Below are positions 37,779-49,363 of a stretch of DNA of 64,000 bases, one piece after another. Position 1 is the first letter of the stretch. The number at the start of each line of letters is the position of its first letter. The notes beneath the pieces were generated by a model. It was not told where the DNA came from. It made no database searches and saw only the letters and a list, made by a program, of their open reading frames with translations. Location: positions 124,001-188,000 of IMG/VR virus record IMGVR_UViG_3300023184_004198; one strand, 5' to 3'. The translations under genes and the position numbers were made by a program.

Positions 37779-39176
37779 TTACGCTACAATTTGATACCAA
37801 ATATCTCCAGTGACACCAGCAATGTTGGGTCCTGTGGTTCCAATGTAACGTGTGCCGTATCCGTTACTGGTGGTGGCGATAGTAATAGTTCGATCGGCAC
37901 TGAGATCGCCACCACCAGTCAAACCACCTGTGCCTGTAATTGTTCTAGTGTTGGGTGGCACGCCAAGATTGGTTCTTGCCACTGCGGCAGTTGCACCACC
38001 GGTACCACCATCTGCCACAGCCAGTGGAGTGATACCACTTACAGCACCGCCAGTTATGACAACAGCATTGGCATTTTGCACTGCCATGGTGCCCACTGTT
38101 GTGATAGCACCTGTGGCTAGTCCAAGATTGGTTCTTGCATCAGCAGCATTGCTGGCGCCAGTGCCGCCATCTGCTACAGCCAGGTCTGTAATGCCTGAAA
38201 TACTTCCGCCCAAAATAGACACAGCAGTTCTATCTTGTGTGGACATCGTGCCCAGGCCGAGGTTGGTTCTTGCGCCGGCTGCGGTACTAGCACCTGTACC
38301 GCCATCTGCTACAGCCAGATCTGCAATACCTACAATGAACCCACCAGTGATAGCAACCACAGTGGAGTCTTGGAATGCCATGGTGCCTAGAGTGTTTATG
38401 TTGTTGATTACAAACTCAGTACTGGCAATTTGTGTGGTGCTGGTTCCATTGGCAGCAGTGGGCGCTCTAGGTATTCCAGTAAAAACAGGACTGACTTTTT
38501 CATTTTGCACAAAACTAGTTGTGGCAATTTGTGTGGTGTTAGTGCCATATGCCGCAGTGGGTGCAGTGGGTACACCGTTGAATGCTGGACTGTTGGACAC
38601 AAACGCTGTGGTAGCAATTTGTGTGGTGTTGGTTCCTGCCACAGCAGTGGGTGCTGTGGGTGTGCCAGTAAATGCAGGTGAAACTTTTTCTCCTTGTACA
38701 AATGCTGTGGTAGCAATTTGTGTTGTTCCGGTTCCTGCTGTGGCTGTGGGTGCAGTAGGTGTGCCCGAAAATGCAGGAGATACTTTGTTGTTTTGTACAA
38801 ATGCTGTAGTAGCAAGTTGTGTAGTACTGGTGCTGGTGCTGGCTGTGGGTGCAGTGGGTGTGCCTGAGAATGCAGGACTAATTTTTTGTAATTGCACATA
38901 ATCTTGACTGGCCAGCGCAACCCAAACATTTGCTGTGCTGTAAGCACTGATGATATCATTGCCGGAATCATACCAAAGTTGACCCAAAATAGGCTGGGTA
39001 GGTGCAGTACCGTTGGCAAAATTTTCCAACAAATATACATAGTTTTCGTTTTGATAATCCCCGTAGTTGGTAACAGCACGACCCACTAGGGCAAGATCTG
39101 TGGCAGTGGTGTTAACTGTGCCGTCTCCTACAACTGCTACAATTTGTCCACGAGTGTTATTGATGATATATGACAT
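37779..39176 (-). CDS. Tail fibre-type protein with TPTAPTA and DGGTGA repeats
   Basis: Five SPAFxGTPTAPTA..TTQIATTAFV repeats and three LAVADGGTG..ARTNLG repeats; LENFA..P..GQLWYD N-terminal module. Confidence 0.85.
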   Translation of the reverse strand: MSYIINNTRGQIVAVVGDGTVNTTATDLALVGRAVTNYGDYQNENYVYLLENFANGTAPTQPILGQLWYDSGNDIISAYSTANVWVALASQDYVQLQKISPAFSGTPTAPTASTSTSTTQLATTAFVQNNKVSPAFSGTPTAPTATAGTGTTQIATTAFVQGEKVSPAFTGTPTAPTAVAGTNTTQIATTAFVSNSPAFNGVPTAPTAAYGTNTTQIATTSFVQNEKVSPVFTGIPRAPTAANGTSTTQIASTEFVINNINTLGTMAFQDSTVVAITGGFIVGIADLAVADGGTGASTAAGARTNLGLGTMSTQDRTAVSILGGSISGITDLAVADGGTGASNAADARTNLGLATGAITTVGTMAVQNANAVVITGGAVSGITPLAVADGGTGGATAAVARTNLGVPPNTRTITGTGGLTGGGDLSADRTITIATTSNGYGTRYIGTTGPNIAGVTGDIWYQIVA

Positions 39177-39195
39177 TGACCGCTCCGATTGTCAG

Positions 39196-39226
39196 TATTT
39201 AGCGGCACGCAAAGTTTTGGTAAATA
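39196..39226. promoter_or_regulatory. Back-to-back late promoters for the fibre and baseplate blocks
   Basis: TATTTA 39196-39201 (minus strand) and TAAATA 39221-39226 (plus strand). Confidence 0.7.
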
Positions 39227-39244
39227 CTCAACTGGAACACAAAC

Positions 39245-41434
39245 ATGGCACAAGAAATTATCAACATCGGAGCAGTGGCCAACGACGGCGCTGGAGATCC
39301 TTTACGCACTGCGTTTACCAAAACCAACAACAACTTCAGTCAGTTGTTTGCAGCAGGTGGCGTGTCAGGTATTTCAAACGGCACTAGTAATATCAACATA
39401 TTAAACAGTGGTGCTATATTGATGAGCCCACAAGGCGTGGCCAATGTGATCACTGTCACTGCAACTGGCGCTACTGTTACAGGAACACTGATTGGAAACA
39501 CCACAATCAGTGCCGTGGGCAACGTTTTAGCAGGTCAGTTTTTCATTGGCAATGGATCACAACTTACTGGTGTTGTGTCTGTGGCTGCTGCGGCTCTGAT
39601 TACCGGAAACACATTGAGTTCTAACGTTGTAACCAGCAGTTTGACCACAGTGGGCACATTGGGTACGCTCAGTGTCACTGGTAATATTCGCGGTGGCAAT
39701 ATCAATACTCCTGGTGCAGTAGTTGCATCAGGTGATGTTTCTGGCACAAATGTCAATGCAGGCAGCAATGTTAACGCTTCAGGCAATGTCACTGGTGGAA
39801 ATGTAATAGTTGTAGCAGATGTATCAGCAGGTGGTGTTGTCAGTGCTGTGGGCAATGTCAGTGGCGCATATTTCATTGGCAATGGATCACAACTATCAGG
39901 TATTTCTGTAAGCTCTAATGCAGCATTATTGACTTATACCACATTGAGTAGTAATGTTACAGACAGTAGTCTGCGACAACTTGGTACATTGAATTATTTA
40001 AATGTTGGAAATGCATTAGGTGGCAATGGTGCCATCAACTCCAACAGTATTTCTGCTGGAACAACCATTGTGGCCACCGGCAACATCACTGGTGGTAACA
40101 TCAACACTGGAGGCATAGTCACCGCCACAGGGAATATTAATTCAGGTGCAATTATTTCTGCATTTGGCAACATTGCCACAGCAGCCAATATCTCAGGAGG
40201 CAATTTAAATATTGCTACTCAAATTTTCAGTGCTGGAGACATCAACGCTGTTGGTAATATTACAGGCGGTAATGTCAACACCGGTGGCGAATTGTTTGCT
40301 GCTGGCAATGTTTATGGCGCCAATATTCAAGGTGGTGCCAATGTATTTGCTACATTGCACACAGGAACCACAGTGTCAATGACTGGTAATATACGTGGTG
40401 GTAACCTGATCACAGCCGGTTTGGCCAATGTAGCAGGACGAGTAGAAGCTGGCAACATTTTAACTTATGGTACAGTTACTGCTATTGGCAACGTCACAGC
40501 ACCAAACTTCATAGGCAATGTTGTTGGTAATATCACTGGTACATTGTCTGCACCAGGATCCAATACACAAGTGGTGTTTAACGATTCTGGTACAGCCAAT
40601 GCCAATGCAAGTTTAACATTCAACAAGACCACTGGAGCACTCACAGCCAATGGTACTATAACAGGCGGCAATATTAACACAGCAGGCACACTCAGTGTTG
40701 GTGGTAGCACCATTATTGCTGGCAACTTGACAGTGAGTGGCACAACTGAATATACCAACGTTTCCACTTTGGCCATACAAGATCCTATCATCAGCATAGG
40801 TCGTGGTGCCAACAATGCTGCGCTGTTGAGCAGTGACGGCAAAGATCGCGGCGAACAATTGTATTATTTTAGTTCTGCTGAGCGATCGGCGTTTATTGGT
40901 TATCAAGCCAGCTCAGGCAAATTGATAGCAGCAGTACAAACTACCATTACCAACGAAGTTGTAACAGTCAACAGTTATGGAACCATTGTGGTTGGCACAG
41001 TAGAAGGCACAGCACTCAATGTCACCGGCAATGTACAAGGTGGCAATGTGATATCCAATGCTCTGGTGCAAGGTGCAAGCCTCAGCGTTACTGGTAACAC
41101 CGCCACAGTCACAAGTGCCAATTATCAAATTGGCTACAGAGACTTGCCGCAGATTACCACATTCAGCACTTTGGTTGCAGATGCCGGTGGCAAACATTAC
41201 TACGGTTCGGGCACTATTACTATCCCTGCCAGTGGTACACTGAATTTTGCTGTGGGCACTGCTATCTTGATTATTGCTAGTAACAGCACTACCATTGCTA
41301 ATGCCGCTGGTGTCACACTGATTCAAGCCGGCACTGGATCCACAGGATCAAGAACTTTGGCACAATACGGTGAGGCCAGCTTGGTCAAAGTGGCCACAGA
41401 TACCTGGTACATATCAGGCGTAGGAATAAGTTAA
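39245..41434 (+). CDS. Tail/baseplate fibre protein with T4 gp9/gp10-like N-terminus and GNITGGN repeats
   Basis: INIGAVANDGAGDPLRTAFTKTNNNF; many GNVxGGN repeats; C-terminal W-Y-I-S-G module. Confidence 0.85.
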   Translation: MAQEIINIGAVANDGAGDPLRTAFTKTNNNFSQLFAAGGVSGISNGTSNINILNSGAILMSPQGVANVITVTATGATVTGTLIGNTTISAVGNVLAGQFFIGNGSQLTGVVSVAAAALITGNTLSSNVVTSSLTTVGTLGTLSVTGNIRGGNINTPGAVVASGDVSGTNVNAGSNVNASGNVTGGNVIVVADVSAGGVVSAVGNVSGAYFIGNGSQLSGISVSSNAALLTYTTLSSNVTDSSLRQLGTLNYLNVGNALGGNGAINSNSISAGTTIVATGNITGGNINTGGIVTATGNINSGAIISAFGNIATAANISGGNLNIATQIFSAGDINAVGNITGGNVNTGGELFAAGNVYGANIQGGANVFATLHTGTTVSMTGNIRGGNLITAGLANVAGRVEAGNILTYGTVTAIGNVTAPNFIGNVVGNITGTLSAPGSNTQVVFNDSGTANANASLTFNKTTGALTANGTITGGNINTAGTLSVGGSTIIAGNLTVSGTTEYTNVSTLAIQDPIISIGRGANNAALLSSDGKDRGEQLYYFSSAERSAFIGYQASSGKLIAAVQTTITNEVVTVNSYGTIVVGTVEGTALNVTGNVQGGNVISNALVQGASLSVTGNTATVTSANYQIGYRDLPQITTFSTLVADAGGKHYYGSGTITIPASGTLNFAVGTAILIIASNSTTIANAAGVTLIQAGTGSTGSRTLAQYGEASLVKVATDTWYISGVGIS

Positions 41435-41973
41435 TGACTGGCATAATGACCGCTATCTCAGGATCAGTTGCTGGGAGAGTTTACGCCAGTGGCCTGTATC
41501 GAAGAACATATTCTGGATATTTCGCGGACAATGTAAACTATTTTGATGGTGCCTCACCCACTGCCTCGGCAGTGGACACATCACCTGTTGCTGTGCCAGG
41601 AACAATCCCCGCCGCAACCAGTTATCAATGGCTGGGCTACTGGTTGTCCACAGCAGACACACTGGTTGGTGGCACTAATACATTTTTTGGAATCACCTCA
41701 GATGATGCCAGTTACATGTGGGTTGGCAATACTGCAATCACAGGATATACCACAGGCAATGCCTTGATCAACAACGGTGGCCTTCATTCACCGGCTAGCA
41801 TTTATGCTGCATACCCAATGACTGCAGGAGTGTATTATCCCATTAGAATACAATATGGCAATAGTGGCAGCGGTGGCGCATTTGAATTTGTTGTGTACAG
41901 CAATTCTCTAGGGCTCTATACCACCACAATGACCAGTAATATCTTTTATAATTTGGTGCTAAATGGCTTCTAA
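41434..41973 (+). CDS. PA14-domain (carbohydrate-binding) protein
   Basis: GLYRR, SDDASYMW, NNGGLH, YYPIRIQYGN. Confidence 0.8.
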   Translation: MTGIMTAISGSVAGRVYASGLYRRTYSGYFADNVNYFDGASPTASAVDTSPVAVPGTIPAATSYQWLGYWLSTADTLVGGTNTFFGITSDDASYMWVGNTAITGYTTGNALINNGGLHSPASIYAAYPMTAGVYYPIRIQYGNSGSGGAFEFVVYSNSLGLYTTTMTSNIFYNLVLNGF

Positions 41974-42008
41974 CGTCACAATAAATATGTCAAAGGCTTA
42001 ATAACAAC

Positions 42009-45000
42009 ATGGCACAACCTGTTTGGATCACCCCCGCTGGAAGCCTAGGCATCATACCTGAAGGCATATTTTATCAAAACAGCATGCGGGCCTACGATCC
42101 TGATCCTGCACCAGGCACAGATCTGTATTATCGAGTCATATCAGGTACCTTGCCAGCCGGAATTCAATGCAGTGTCACTGGTTTAATTGCCGGCGTACCT
42201 CAGGCTGTGGCCAGTTTGCAAGGTGTACCACAACCAGTTAATCGCAACGAAACCAGCAAATTTACTCTGCGTGCCTACACTGAAAATGAAGCCACTGGGC
42301 AAATTTTGCGCATTGCGGATCGTACATTTACTCTCACAGTCAGTGGCAATGACATACCTGAATTTACCACGCCTATTGGATCATTCACCGCTAGTAATAC
42401 TGCACAGTTTGTGGGTGCAATTTCCGGCACAGAACTCACTGTAAGTTCTATTACATCAGGCACATTGAGCAATGGCATGGTTTTGCGCGGAACCAATATT
42501 GTTCCTGGAACAACCATTGTTGACACAGGAACAGCCAATGGCGGCACAGGCAAATACACTGTAAATATCAGTCAAACCAATTTAGGTACAACAATCACCG
42601 GCTGGATAGGCACCTATTACGACGGAGACCTTGTTGATCTAACATTTGGGTATACCAGTTTGGATCCCGACGAAACTATCACAGTCAGGCTGGTGTCAGG
42701 TGAATTACCATTGGGGCTGACACTCAGTACTTCAGGGCGTTTGTATGGATACATAGAACCTGCTGCCAATGTAAACAAAACTCCAGGTTACGACGAAACA
42801 CAAATTGACACAGTGCCTTATGACTTTGTAGTGTCTGCTATCAACAAAAATTATCAATTCACACTAGAAGTCACTGATGGGAAAAGCAGTAGTCTAAGAA
42901 CATTTACAATTTATGTTTACAACAAAAGTGATCTCACAGCAGACAATTCAATAGTAACAGGGGACAACACATTTGTCACAACTGATCAAATTGTGGATCG
43001 AAATCCATTCTTGGTCAATGCTGAGCCCAGTTATCTTGGTCGTGTGCGTTCTGACAACTATTTTGCCTATCAATTCAGGGCCAATGACTACGACACTGTG
43101 GATCTCACATATTCAATTGAAGTCAATCAAGGTGAGGGTCTTCCACCAGGATTAACACTGGATCCCACAACTGGTTGGTACTACGGATACATTCCAGATC
43201 AGGGACTGTTGGAAGTTACCTACAGTTTCAACATCACGGTAAGTCAAACTGACAATCCCACAATTACCAGTCAGCCATATCCTTTTACCTTGACCATTGT
43301 GGGCATTACCGACAGTGAATGTACTTGGATAACAGATTCAGATCTTGGTGTACTGGAAAATGGTGCCACAAGTTTGCTCAAAGTTGAAGCCATCAATCGT
43401 GGCAACAAACCACTGAGTTACAGATTAAAGAGTGGTGCATTCAATGAGTTACCACAGGGACTGACATTGTTGCCATCGGGAGAAATTGCCGGACGAGCAA
43501 CATTCAACACGTTTTCAGTGGACTTGGGATTTACCACATTTGATAAATCACAAAGCAACATCACCGGTATTAGTGAAACCACGTTTGACAGCTCATACAC
43601 GTTTACTGTAAACGCTTATGCTGAGGATCCCAGCCAAGATGTTTACAATGTGGCCAGTGTCACTGTGACCAATGGTGGTTCAGGCTACAGCGGCATCAAT
43701 TTACCTACATTGGAATTTTCAGCACCAATTGGTGCTGATGCAGAGCGAGCACAAGGAACGGCAGTGGTTTCAGGAGGTCAAATAGTTGCGGTTAATGTGA
43801 CCAATCAAGGTGCTGGTTACTACAGTCAACCCACACTGACAGTGACTCAAGGATTTGGTGGATCAGGTGCTGTGCTTACGCCGGTGATACAACCCTATGG
43901 CGCCAGAGATGCTATCTCAGTGTTCAAAACTTTCACTATCAGAGTATTCAGAGCTTACAACTATCCATATCAAAACTTGTATGTGGTGGCCATGCCGCCT
44001 GTAAATGACCGTGTACTGTTGGATCAACTGCTGACTAATCAAGAAATTTTTGTACCTGAATACATTTATCGCCCAGACGATGCCAACTTTGGTGTCAGTA
44101 CCGCGGTAAAATACGAGCATGCATATGGATTAGCACCTGAAACAATCGACACTTACGTGGCTAGTTTGTATCTGAATCATTATTGGAAGAATTTGATCTT
44201 AGGATCAATTGAAACAGCCCAGGCATTGGATGCCAATGGCAACGTGGTGTATGAAGTTGTTTACAGTAAAATTGTTGATGACCTTGTAAATTCAGCCGGA
44301 GAAAGTGTGAGCAAAATTGTAAATTTGCCATATTCCATAACTGATCCTGCAGATGGCAGCACAGAAATCACACAGGTGTATCCCAACAGTCTTGTGAACA
44401 TGCGAGATCAAGTTATTGACGTTGTGGGACAAATCAGCACAAAACTACCACTGTGGATGACTTCAAAACAAACCAATGGTCGTGTGTTGGGCTTTACCCC
44501 TGCTTGGGTGATATGTTATGCCAATCCTGGGCGATCAAAACAGATTGCTTATTATATTTCTGAATATTTTGCTCAACAATTAAACAGTGTAGATTTCAAA
44601 GTTGATAGGTATGTGCTAGACCGTACATTGAGCAAAAATTGGAATACCGAAACACAACAATGGACTCCCACAGGAAGTCTTACCACATTTGACTACTATA
44701 ATACCACTGGATATGTTGACATTGGTCTAGTGGAATGTGCTACCAATCTAGCCTATGACGACATCAATTACAGAACCCTGGACGAAATAAATGCCTTGGG
44801 CGGCATAGATGGACTGACCTGGATCGATGATGGTGGTGTAGCACCATTTGGCACCAAGGTAGTAATCAGAGATGGTACACGAATTATTTTTGTCAAACAA
44901 GAAGGATATTTCAATTATAGCACACCAGACGATGCTTGGCAACAATACACTTCTTTGTATGATGAAACTTCATTTGACCCTGTGTTGATAAATGATGCTG

Positions 45001-45839
45001 TGGGCAGTTTTGATAGTGCTTACACCATTCCCGGCGGATATCAAGTGCAATGTTCTGCCACTGTTGCTGCCACAGATCGAATCACTTGTTCAGATACCAC
45101 AGACATGACTGTGGGGGACATTATTTGGTTCACTGGTTCAACATTTGGTGGAGTCGTAGGATTTGGCACCAACAATCAAATTTATTGTGTGTATGACAAA
45201 CCCAATGCCACTCAATTCCGTATTGCAGAAATTGATGGCACTTTTCGAGCATCAATTTCAGGAACCACACTTGTTGTGAGCACTGTGCTCACTGGTGTTT
45301 TACAAGTTGGTGACGTTTTATTAGGAAGCGGAATTGCGGCTGGCACCCAGATCACTGCTTTTGCTAATGGCAGTGGGGGGACAGGAACATACACTGTTAG
45401 CATAAGTCAAACTGTGGCTCTTTCTACTGTGACTGCTACTGCCAGTCCGCCTTTGCAACTGACCACTGCCACAGGAGATATGACCGCTAGTTGGGGCAAT
45501 TACCGCATGGACATTTATAAGATTTCTATACAACCTGCCACAGCAACTGATCCAGCAATTGTTACGTTGAATCCATTACAACAAGTTGCACCCAATGACT
45601 TTGTCACAGTCACGCAAGGTACAACGTACGGTACAGCACAGTTGTACAGACCCACTGCACCAGGATCTGGGCTGAACTTAATAAATTGGCAGTCACTGAT
45701 CACTGTGATCACTGTGATTGGCAATGAAACCACATTTGATGAAGCCAGTATGCAGTTCATTGAGCCTGTGGATATGTACGATACTAGCGATGCACTAGAT
45801 AAATATCTGGTATTTCCCAAACAGAATATTTTGGTATAA
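42009..45839 (+). CDS. Large baseplate/tail structural protein with Ig-like repeats
   Basis: [11 protein letters not shown], repeated LPxGLTL..G, TTFD motifs. Confidence 0.8.
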   Translation: MAQPVWITPAGSLGIIPEGIFYQNSMRAYDPDPAPGTDLYYRVISGTLPAGIQCSVTGLIAGVPQAVASLQGVPQPVNRNETSKFTLRAYTENEATGQILRIADRTFTLTVSGNDIPEFTTPIGSFTASNTAQFVGAISGTELTVSSITSGTLSNGMVLRGTNIVPGTTIVDTGTANGGTGKYTVNISQTNLGTTITGWIGTYYDGDLVDLTFGYTSLDPDETITVRLVSGELPLGLTLSTSGRLYGYIEPAANVNKTPGYDETQIDTVPYDFVVSAINKNYQFTLEVTDGKSSSLRTFTIYVYNKSDLTADNSIVTGDNTFVTTDQIVDRNPFLVNAEPSYLGRVRSDNYFAYQFRANDYDTVDLTYSIEVNQGEGLPPGLTLDPTTGWYYGYIPDQGLLEVTYSFNITVSQTDNPTITSQPYPFTLTIVGITDSECTWITDSDLGVLENGATSLLKVEAINRGNKPLSYRLKSGAFNELPQGLTLLPSGEIAGRATFNTFSVDLGFTTFDKSQSNITGISETTFDSSYTFTVNAYAEDPSQDVYNVASVTVTNGGSGYSGINLPTLEFSAPIGADAERAQGTAVVSGGQIVAVNVTNQGAGYYSQPTLTVTQGFGGSGAVLTPVIQPYGARDAISVFKTFTIRVFRAYNYPYQNLYVVAMPPVNDRVLLDQLLTNQEIFVPEYIYRPDDANFGVSTAVKYEHAYGLAPETIDTYVASLYLNHYWKNLILGSIETAQALDANGNVVYEVVYSKIVDDLVNSAGESVSKIVNLPYSITDPADGSTEITQVYPNSLVNMRDQVIDVVGQISTKLPLWMTSKQTNGRVLGFTPAWVICYANPGRSKQIAYYISEYFAQQLNSVDFKVDRYVLDRTLSKNWNTETQQWTPTGSLTTFDYYNTTGYVDIGLVECATNLAYDDINYRTLDEINALGGIDGLTWIDDGGVAPFGTKVVIRDGTRIIFVKQEGYFNYSTPDDAWQQYTSLYDETSFDPVLINDAVGSFDSAYTIPGGYQVQCSATVAATDRITCSDTTDMTVGDIIWFTGSTFGGVVGFGTNNQIYCVYDKPNATQFRIAEIDGTFRASISGTTLVVSTVLTGVLQVGDVLLGSGIAAGTQITAFANGSGGTGTYTVSISQTVALSTVTATASPPLQLTTATGDMTASWGNYRMDIYKISIQPATATDPAIVTLNPLQQVAPNDFVTVTQGTTYGTAQLYRPTAPGSGLNLINWQSLITVITVIGNETTFDEASMQFIEPVDMYDTSDALDKYLVFPKQNILV

Positions 45840-45851
45840 CAAGGATAACCA

Positions 45852-47354
45852 ATGTCAAGTAATATTAACCCAAACAACATTGACGGCACATACCCCATTG
45901 CTGGTCAAGACAATAACTCACAAGGTTTTCGTGACAATTTCACGCAGACCAAAGTTAACTTTCAGTATGCAGCCGATGAAATCAATGACTTGCAGGCCAA
46001 GGGTATTTTCAAAGCAGCACTTACTGGTACCACACTTGACAACAACATGAATGATGCGCTGTTGTATGCTGCCTTGATTCAAGATTTTGCCGCGGTAAAA
46101 ATTGCACCCAGTCCGATTTCAGGCACATTAACATTGAATTATGCATCAGCACACTATCAAAGTTATACCACTGCCTCAGCAGGCAGTGTAACTCTGGCAT
46201 TTTCTAACTTTCCACCGTCGGGTACATATGGTTACATGAAATTGCAATTTACTGTGACCAATGTGAGTTACACATTGACCTTGCCTGCCGCAGTGAGTTT
46301 GGGTATCACAGGTGTGCAAGGTATTAGTCCTGGCACAGCAGGTATTCCCAATACCATTACATTTGGAACTACTGGTGTATATGAATTTGGTTTTGGCAGT
46401 TATGATGGTGGTAGCACCATAACCGTGTTTGACTTGAATCGTCCGTTGACATCCTTAGGAGGTGGTGCAGTCACTGTAGGTAGCCTAACTGCCAGTAGTT
46501 TTGTCAGCGCAACAGGCAATGTGATTGGTGGCAACATCAACTCAGCAGGTCTAGCATCAATCACTGGCAATGTGATTGGTGGCAACATCAACTCAGCAGG
46601 TCTAGCATCAATCACTGGCAACATTCAAGGTGGCAATCTTCGCACAGTTGGCTTGGTCAGTGCCACAGGCAATGTCACAGGTGGCAACATTAATGGATTT
46701 GTCAGACCCTCCGTAGGCACTGCAACAGTTCCTGCATTGTCATTTACCACAGGCCTCAATATGACCACTCCTACAGCAGGTGCTGTAGAGTATGACGGTG
46801 TTACATTCTATGGTACTCCCAATGCCAGCAATCGCGGTGTTTTAAACACATCGCACTTCATGGTCCTGGCCAGCGATTACATTGGCAGCGATACAAGTTC
46901 TGCACAAAAAGTTTTTAACCTAGGCACAGGATCAGCAGGTGCAATCACACTGCCTGCCAGCACCGCTTATTTCATGGAAGCAGTGTACTACATCACACGA
47001 GGAGTGGGATCAAATTCACACACATTGAGCACACTGTTTGCACTGAGTTCAGCATTGACCGGTATTACATACACTGCCGATACTACTAGTACCACTGGTA
47101 ATACCCTGGGTGCTGTGAGTAGAATATATGGTACAGCGGCCACAGCAGTGGCAGTCACTGGTGCCAGTACCAGTACAACTGAAAACATCACTGTGGTAAT
47201 TCGTGGCATTGTTCGTACCAATGCATCTACAACCTTTACACCACAAGTGCAATACAGTTCGGCACCAGGTGGCGCTCCCACATTCTTGACCAACAGTTAT
47301 ATTCGATTGACACCAATCGGTAGCGGTGCTGTGACTTATGTGGGCAACTGGTAA
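45852..47354 (+). CDS. Virion structural protein
   Basis: MSSNINPNNIDGTYPIAGQDNNSQGFRDNF N-terminus; GNxxGGN repeats. Confidence 0.8.
   Translation: MSSNINPNNIDGTYPIAGQDNNSQGFRDNFTQTKVNFQYAADEINDLQAKGIFKAALTGTTLDNNMNDALLYAALIQDFAAVKIAPSPISGTLTLNYASAHYQSYTTASAGSVTLAFSNFPPSGTYGYMKLQFTVTNVSYTLTLPAAVSLGITGVQGISPGTAGIPNTITFGTTGVYEFGFGSYDGGSTITVFDLNRPLTSLGGGAVTVGSLTASSFVSATGNVIGGNINSAGLASITGNVIGGNINSAGLASITGNIQGGNLRTVGLVSATGNVTGGNINGFVRPSVGTATVPALSFTTGLNMTTPTAGAVEYDGVTFYGTPNASNRGVLNTSHFMVLASDYIGSDTSSAQKVFNLGTGSAGAITLPASTAYFMEAVYYITRGVGSNSHTLSTLFALSSALTGITYTADTTSTTGNTLGAVSRIYGTAATAVAVTGASTSTTENITVVIRGIVRTNASTTFTPQVQYSSAPGGAPTFLTNSYIRLTPIGSGAVTYVGNW
46515..46621 (+). repeat. Perfect 51-bp tandem duplication (17 aa)
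   Basis: GGCAATGTGATTGGTGGCAACATCAACTCAGCAGGTCTAGCATCAATCACT twice. Confidence 0.95.
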
Positions 47355-47399
47355 TCCAAACGCCTTGACTTTCATCAGCGGTCTGCTGTATAATATACT

Positions 47400-47636
47400 A
47401 TGGAACATCCGCTGATAGGCCCACTTGATGAATTAACGCTGGAAGAACTCGGCGCCAAAGTCAACGAACTGGGTAAAAAATTGGGCATTGCTGCCCGCAC
47501 TGGAAATGGCCATTTGTGTAATCAAATACGCATGGCCATGGAAAACTATCAAAACATGTATCAAACCCGGTTGCAAGAGAGTTATAAAAAAGCTCAAGGT
47601 GACTCAAACTTCGACGACAAAATAAACATCCAATGA
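47400..47636 (+). CDS. Hypothetical protein
   Basis: Promoter TTGACT-18-TATAAT directly upstream. Confidence 0.75.
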   Translation: MEHPLIGPLDELTLEELGAKVNELGKKLGIAARTGNGHLCNQIRMAMENYQNMYQTRLQESYKKAQGDSNFDDKINIQ

Positions 47637-48235
47637 ACGTTAGACTACAATACGACCTAGATTTCCTGGCAGGAATCTACTACGACGACCGATTGCAATT
47701 AAACAGTTACTCAGTGAGCATGAGTTTGTTGACCAAAACCATGGATGCTGCCAACACTAACATTGCCATGGATCGACTGAAAATGTTCATGCACGGTGAA
47801 TTGGCCAATACTGTGTTCGTTAACCAAGCACACAGAGAACGTGCTGAAATGTTGCAGATCATGGGTGTGAATGTGACCACATTGCCCGAAGAACCAGTAG
47901 ACCAGATTGTGGGCATGATGCTATACTACAAGCTCAATGCCATCATGGAAGGACGCATGAGTGTGACCAGATTGGATCTCATGAGTGCATTAGGCGATTC
48001 AGTTTGGTATCAACATGACGCTGATGAAGACTCACCAGGTCCATTCAGAGCCGAAGGCTGGTGGCATGAACCCACTGTGCAACATGACACTGTGGCTCAG
48101 GGAGATGCTGGAGACAACGTGGTCAAAGTCATACCCAATGCCTGGATTGAATACGGCTTGACCTGGCCCGAAAACACACCTGAACCCACTGCCAACACTG
48201 TGGTATTTGCCAATTTCTCAAAAAATGAAGACTAA
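47633..48235 (+). CDS. Conserved hypothetical protein upstream of the DnaE fragment
   Basis: 200 aa, LPEEPVDQ..WW. Confidence 0.8.
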   Translation: MNVRLQYDLDFLAGIYYDDRLQLNSYSVSMSLLTKTMDAANTNIAMDRLKMFMHGELANTVFVNQAHRERAEMLQIMGVNVTTLPEEPVDQIVGMMLYYKLNAIMEGRMSVTRLDLMSALGDSVWYQHDADEDSPGPFRAEGWWHEPTVQHDTVAQGDAGDNVVKVIPNAWIEYGLTWPENTPEPTANTVVFANFSKNED

Positions 48236-48737
48236 TCAATACGGCGAAATTATATATAACGAAAGTGATCTTGTGAACATGATCATGAGTGGCGCTACTA
48301 TAGATGGCTTGAAAGGCATGCTGGTTGAGTCAGGCGTGAATTTAGAAACAGCGTCAGCATATTTAGAGCAGGTGCCGGAACTAATTGAATACTCATTTAC
48401 AGACATGACTGTGGAAGAGTTTGATGTAATGAAACAGAACTCCTGGCACATGCCTGAAGAGTACAAACAGTTGGACATTGCCGAATATGTGTTGAGCCTG
48501 TGCGACTCAGATGCTCGACTGCAACGCTGTGGTCAAGAACTGTTGTTGTTTCAAGAACGCAACTTGTTTGATTTGTTGCGTTATCTCAAATATCTTGTGG
48601 ATACGTTGACAGCCAACCACATGATTTGGGGAGTAGGACGTGGGTCCAGTGTGGCCAGTTACGTGTTGTACTTGTTGGGTGTGCATAGAATTGACAGTAT
48701 GTTCTATGATTTAGATCCCACAGAGTTCTTGCGTTAA
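48225..48737 (+). CDS. DNA polymerase III alpha (DnaE)-like fragment, about 170 aa
   Basis: RCGQELLLF..WGVGRGSSVASYVLYLLGVHRID; ends before the PDxDxD motif. Confidence 0.85.
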   Translation: MKTNQYGEIIYNESDLVNMIMSGATIDGLKGMLVESGVNLETASAYLEQVPELIEYSFTDMTVEEFDVMKQNSWHMPEEYKQLDIAEYVLSLCDSDARLQRCGQELLLFQERNLFDLLRYLKYLVDTLTANHMIWGVGRGSSVASYVLYLLGVHRIDSMFYDLDPTEFLR

Positions 48738-48758
48738 ATAGAGTTTTAGGAGAAAGAC

Positions 48759-48986
48759 ATGACCAAAGAAGTATACAAAAGTGCTCGTGGCAAACCTGTG
48801 GACATGGGAGCATTGCGTTTAAAAAATGAAAAAGAACGTGCAGTAGGCAATATGAAAGTGAATGCTCGTGGTGACGCTGTGGATGAAGGCAATCACCCAG
48901 TTCAAAGCCGACCACAACAGGTGCATAAACAATATCAACAACAGATTCAAGCAAAAACTTCTTCACACAAATGGGATTTAGATTAA
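48759..48986 (+). CDS. Conserved hypothetical late protein
   Basis: GKPVDMGAL..AVGNMKVNARGD; TAAATA and AGGAG upstream. Confidence 0.75.
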   Translation: MTKEVYKSARGKPVDMGALRLKNEKERAVGNMKVNARGDAVDEGNHPVQSRPQQVHKQYQQQIQAKTSSHKWDLD

Positions 48987-49363
48987 TGAAAGCAGCATAC
49001 AGCGCACATAGAGTTAGCAAGTTACAAGCATTAAATGATTCAGTGTTAGTAGAAGATATGGTATTTGATGAACGCCTTTCAAATGGCGGTATTGTGCTGT
49101 TAAACGACAATGGCAAGAGTTCAGGTATTCGTCCACGCTGGGGGCGAGTGTATGCCATTGGTCCTGAGCAGCAAGATGTGCGGGTAGGTGAGTGGATTTG
49201 TGTGGCACACGGACGTTGGACACGTGGCCTGGACATTGAAGATGACAAAGGCAAACGTACCATTCGCAAAATTGACCCCAAAGATATCTTGATGTCAGCA
49301 GATGAAAAACCATCAGATGTCACATTCTCTGATGCTATTCACGTTGAACGCAAAGAACGATGA
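48986..49363 (+). CDS. groES: Co-chaperonin GroES-like
   Basis: ALNDSVLV..GGIVL..GRVYAIGP..VRVGE. Confidence 0.8.
   Translation: MKAAYSAHRVSKLQALNDSVLVEDMVFDERLSNGGIVLLNDNGKSSGIRPRWGRVYAIGPEQQDVRVGEWICVAHGRWTRGLDIEDDKGKRTIRKIDPKDILMSADEKPSDVTFSDAIHVERKER

Noticed and set aside
38400-38900. Regular ~99-bp repeats that could look like a CRISPR or guide array
   Set aside because: In-frame TPTAPTA protein repeats of the minus-strand fibre; no unique spacers and no cas genes
37852-38901. 349-aa plus-strand ORF and similar long antisense ORFs
   Set aside because: Shadows of repetitive Thr/Ala/Gly coding on the opposite strand; no promoter, RBS or motif
48700-48760. Programmed frameshift joining the DnaE fragment to the next ORF
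   Set aside because: The next ORF has its own late hexamer and RBS and lacks PDxDxD or any DnaE similarity
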